Source: Mobula hypostoma
Lineage: Eukaryota
Length of the DNA: 64,000 bases
Reading direction: 5' to 3'
NCBI RefSeq assembly: GCF_963921235.1
Contig: NC_086097.1
Location: forward strand, 234,858,001-234,922,000
Shown here: positions 62,880 to 64,000 of the stretch, piece by piece
Numbering within the stretch: position 1 is the first letter of the stretch
How the letters are laid out: each line of letters begins with the position of its first letter
Translations under genes and position numbers: made by a program
Notes under the pieces: model-generated
Databases searched by the model: none
The model's input: the letters and a program-made list of their open reading frames with translations, nothing else
Told to the model about the DNA's origin: nothing

Positions 62880-64000
62880 CAGGCCACAGTGATGAATTTT
62901 CTTGCAGGTACCCGAATGGTATGTTGCCTCCCAGGTGCCAGGGTCGGGGATGTCTCAGATCGCATCCACAGTGTTTTGGAGGGGGAGGGGGAGCAGCCAG
63001 ATGTCTTGGTACATATTGGTACCAATGACATATGAAGGAAAAGCAAAGAGATCCTGAAAAGAAAATTTAGAGAACTAGACAGGAAGTTGAAAATCAAGAC
63101 CTCCAGGGTCAAAGGCTAAAGCCCAAAGCCAGCATGGTTTCCTGAAAGGAAGATCCTACCTGACAAACCTACCGCTATTCTTTGAGGAAGTTACAAGCAG
63201 GGTAGACAAAGGAAATGCAGCCACACATGAGGCTGCTGAGCAAGATAAGAGTCCATGGAATTATAGGGAAATTACTAGCGTGGGGGGAGCATTGGCTGGT
63301 CGGCAGAAAACAGAGAGTGGGAATAAAGAGATCCTATTCTGGTTGGCTGTCTGTTTCCAGTAGAGTTCCACAGGGGTTGGTGTTGGGACCGTTACTTTTT
63401 ACGATGTATGTCAATGATTTGGACTATGGTATTAATGGATTTGTGGGTAAATTAGGTGGAGGAGTTGGTAGTGTTGAGGAACCAGAAAGCCTGCAGAGAG
63501 ACTTAGACAATTTAGGGGAATGGACAAAGTAGTGGCAAATGAAATACAAGGTTGGAAAGTGTATGGTCATACACTTTGGTGGAAGAAATAAACGGGCAGA
63601 GTATTATTTATATGGGGAGAGAATTCGAAATGCAGAGATGGAAAGAGACTTGGGAGCCTTTGTGCAAGATACCCTAAAGGTTAACCTGCAGGTCGAGTCA
63701 ATTGTGAAGAAGGTGAATGCAATGTTGGCATTCATTTCTAGAGGTATAGAATACAAGAGCCAGGATGTGATGTTGAGGTTCTATAAGGGACTCGTGAGAC
63801 CACACTTGGAGTATTGCGTGCAGTTTTGGGCTCCTTATTTTAGAAAGGATACACTGACATTGGAGAGGGTTTAGAGAAGATTCACGAGAATGTTTCCAGG
63901 AATGAGAGGGTGACCGTATGAGGAACATCTGTTAGCTCTTGGGCTGTATTCCCTGGAGTTCAGGAGAATGAGGGGGGATCTCATAGAAACATTCCAAATG
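62880..64000 (+). mobile_element. CR1 with ORF1 SGNH-esterase remnant joined directly to the RT half
   Basis: CCLPGARVGDVSDRI...EQPDVLVHIGTNDI at ~62922-63032; then QHGFLKGRS at ~63128 and ORFs 63215-63532, 63539-63874; runs off the window. Confidence 0.8.

Overview
Eukaryotic, AT-rich, CpG-depleted vertebrate DNA made mostly of nested transposable elements. The mix (CR1/L3 LINEs, Rex1/Babar-type LINEs, L1, Penelope-like elements, Tc1/mariner remnants, tRNA-SINEs) suggests a cartilaginous fish, probably a ray (inference). No host gene can be named; only isolated candidate exons were seen. Best-supported items: (1) a full-length, recently inactivated L1 (4816-10640, -) with a 15-bp TSD; (2) a near-complete CR1 ORF2 (33826-36625); (3) a young Penelope-like GIY-YIG element with a 12-bp TSD (61769-62656); (4) a family of short Penelope terminal-repeat insertions carrying a minimal type I hammerhead ribozyme, several as fold-back inverted pairs, one a 164-bp insertion with a 16-bp TSD; (5) a TSD-flanked tRNA-SINE; (6) a three-TIR mariner MITE; (7) a probable solo LTR. 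Most ORF-track entries are TE fragments or their antisense shadows. Family names come from motif recognition, not database searches, and boundaries of old repeats are approximate.
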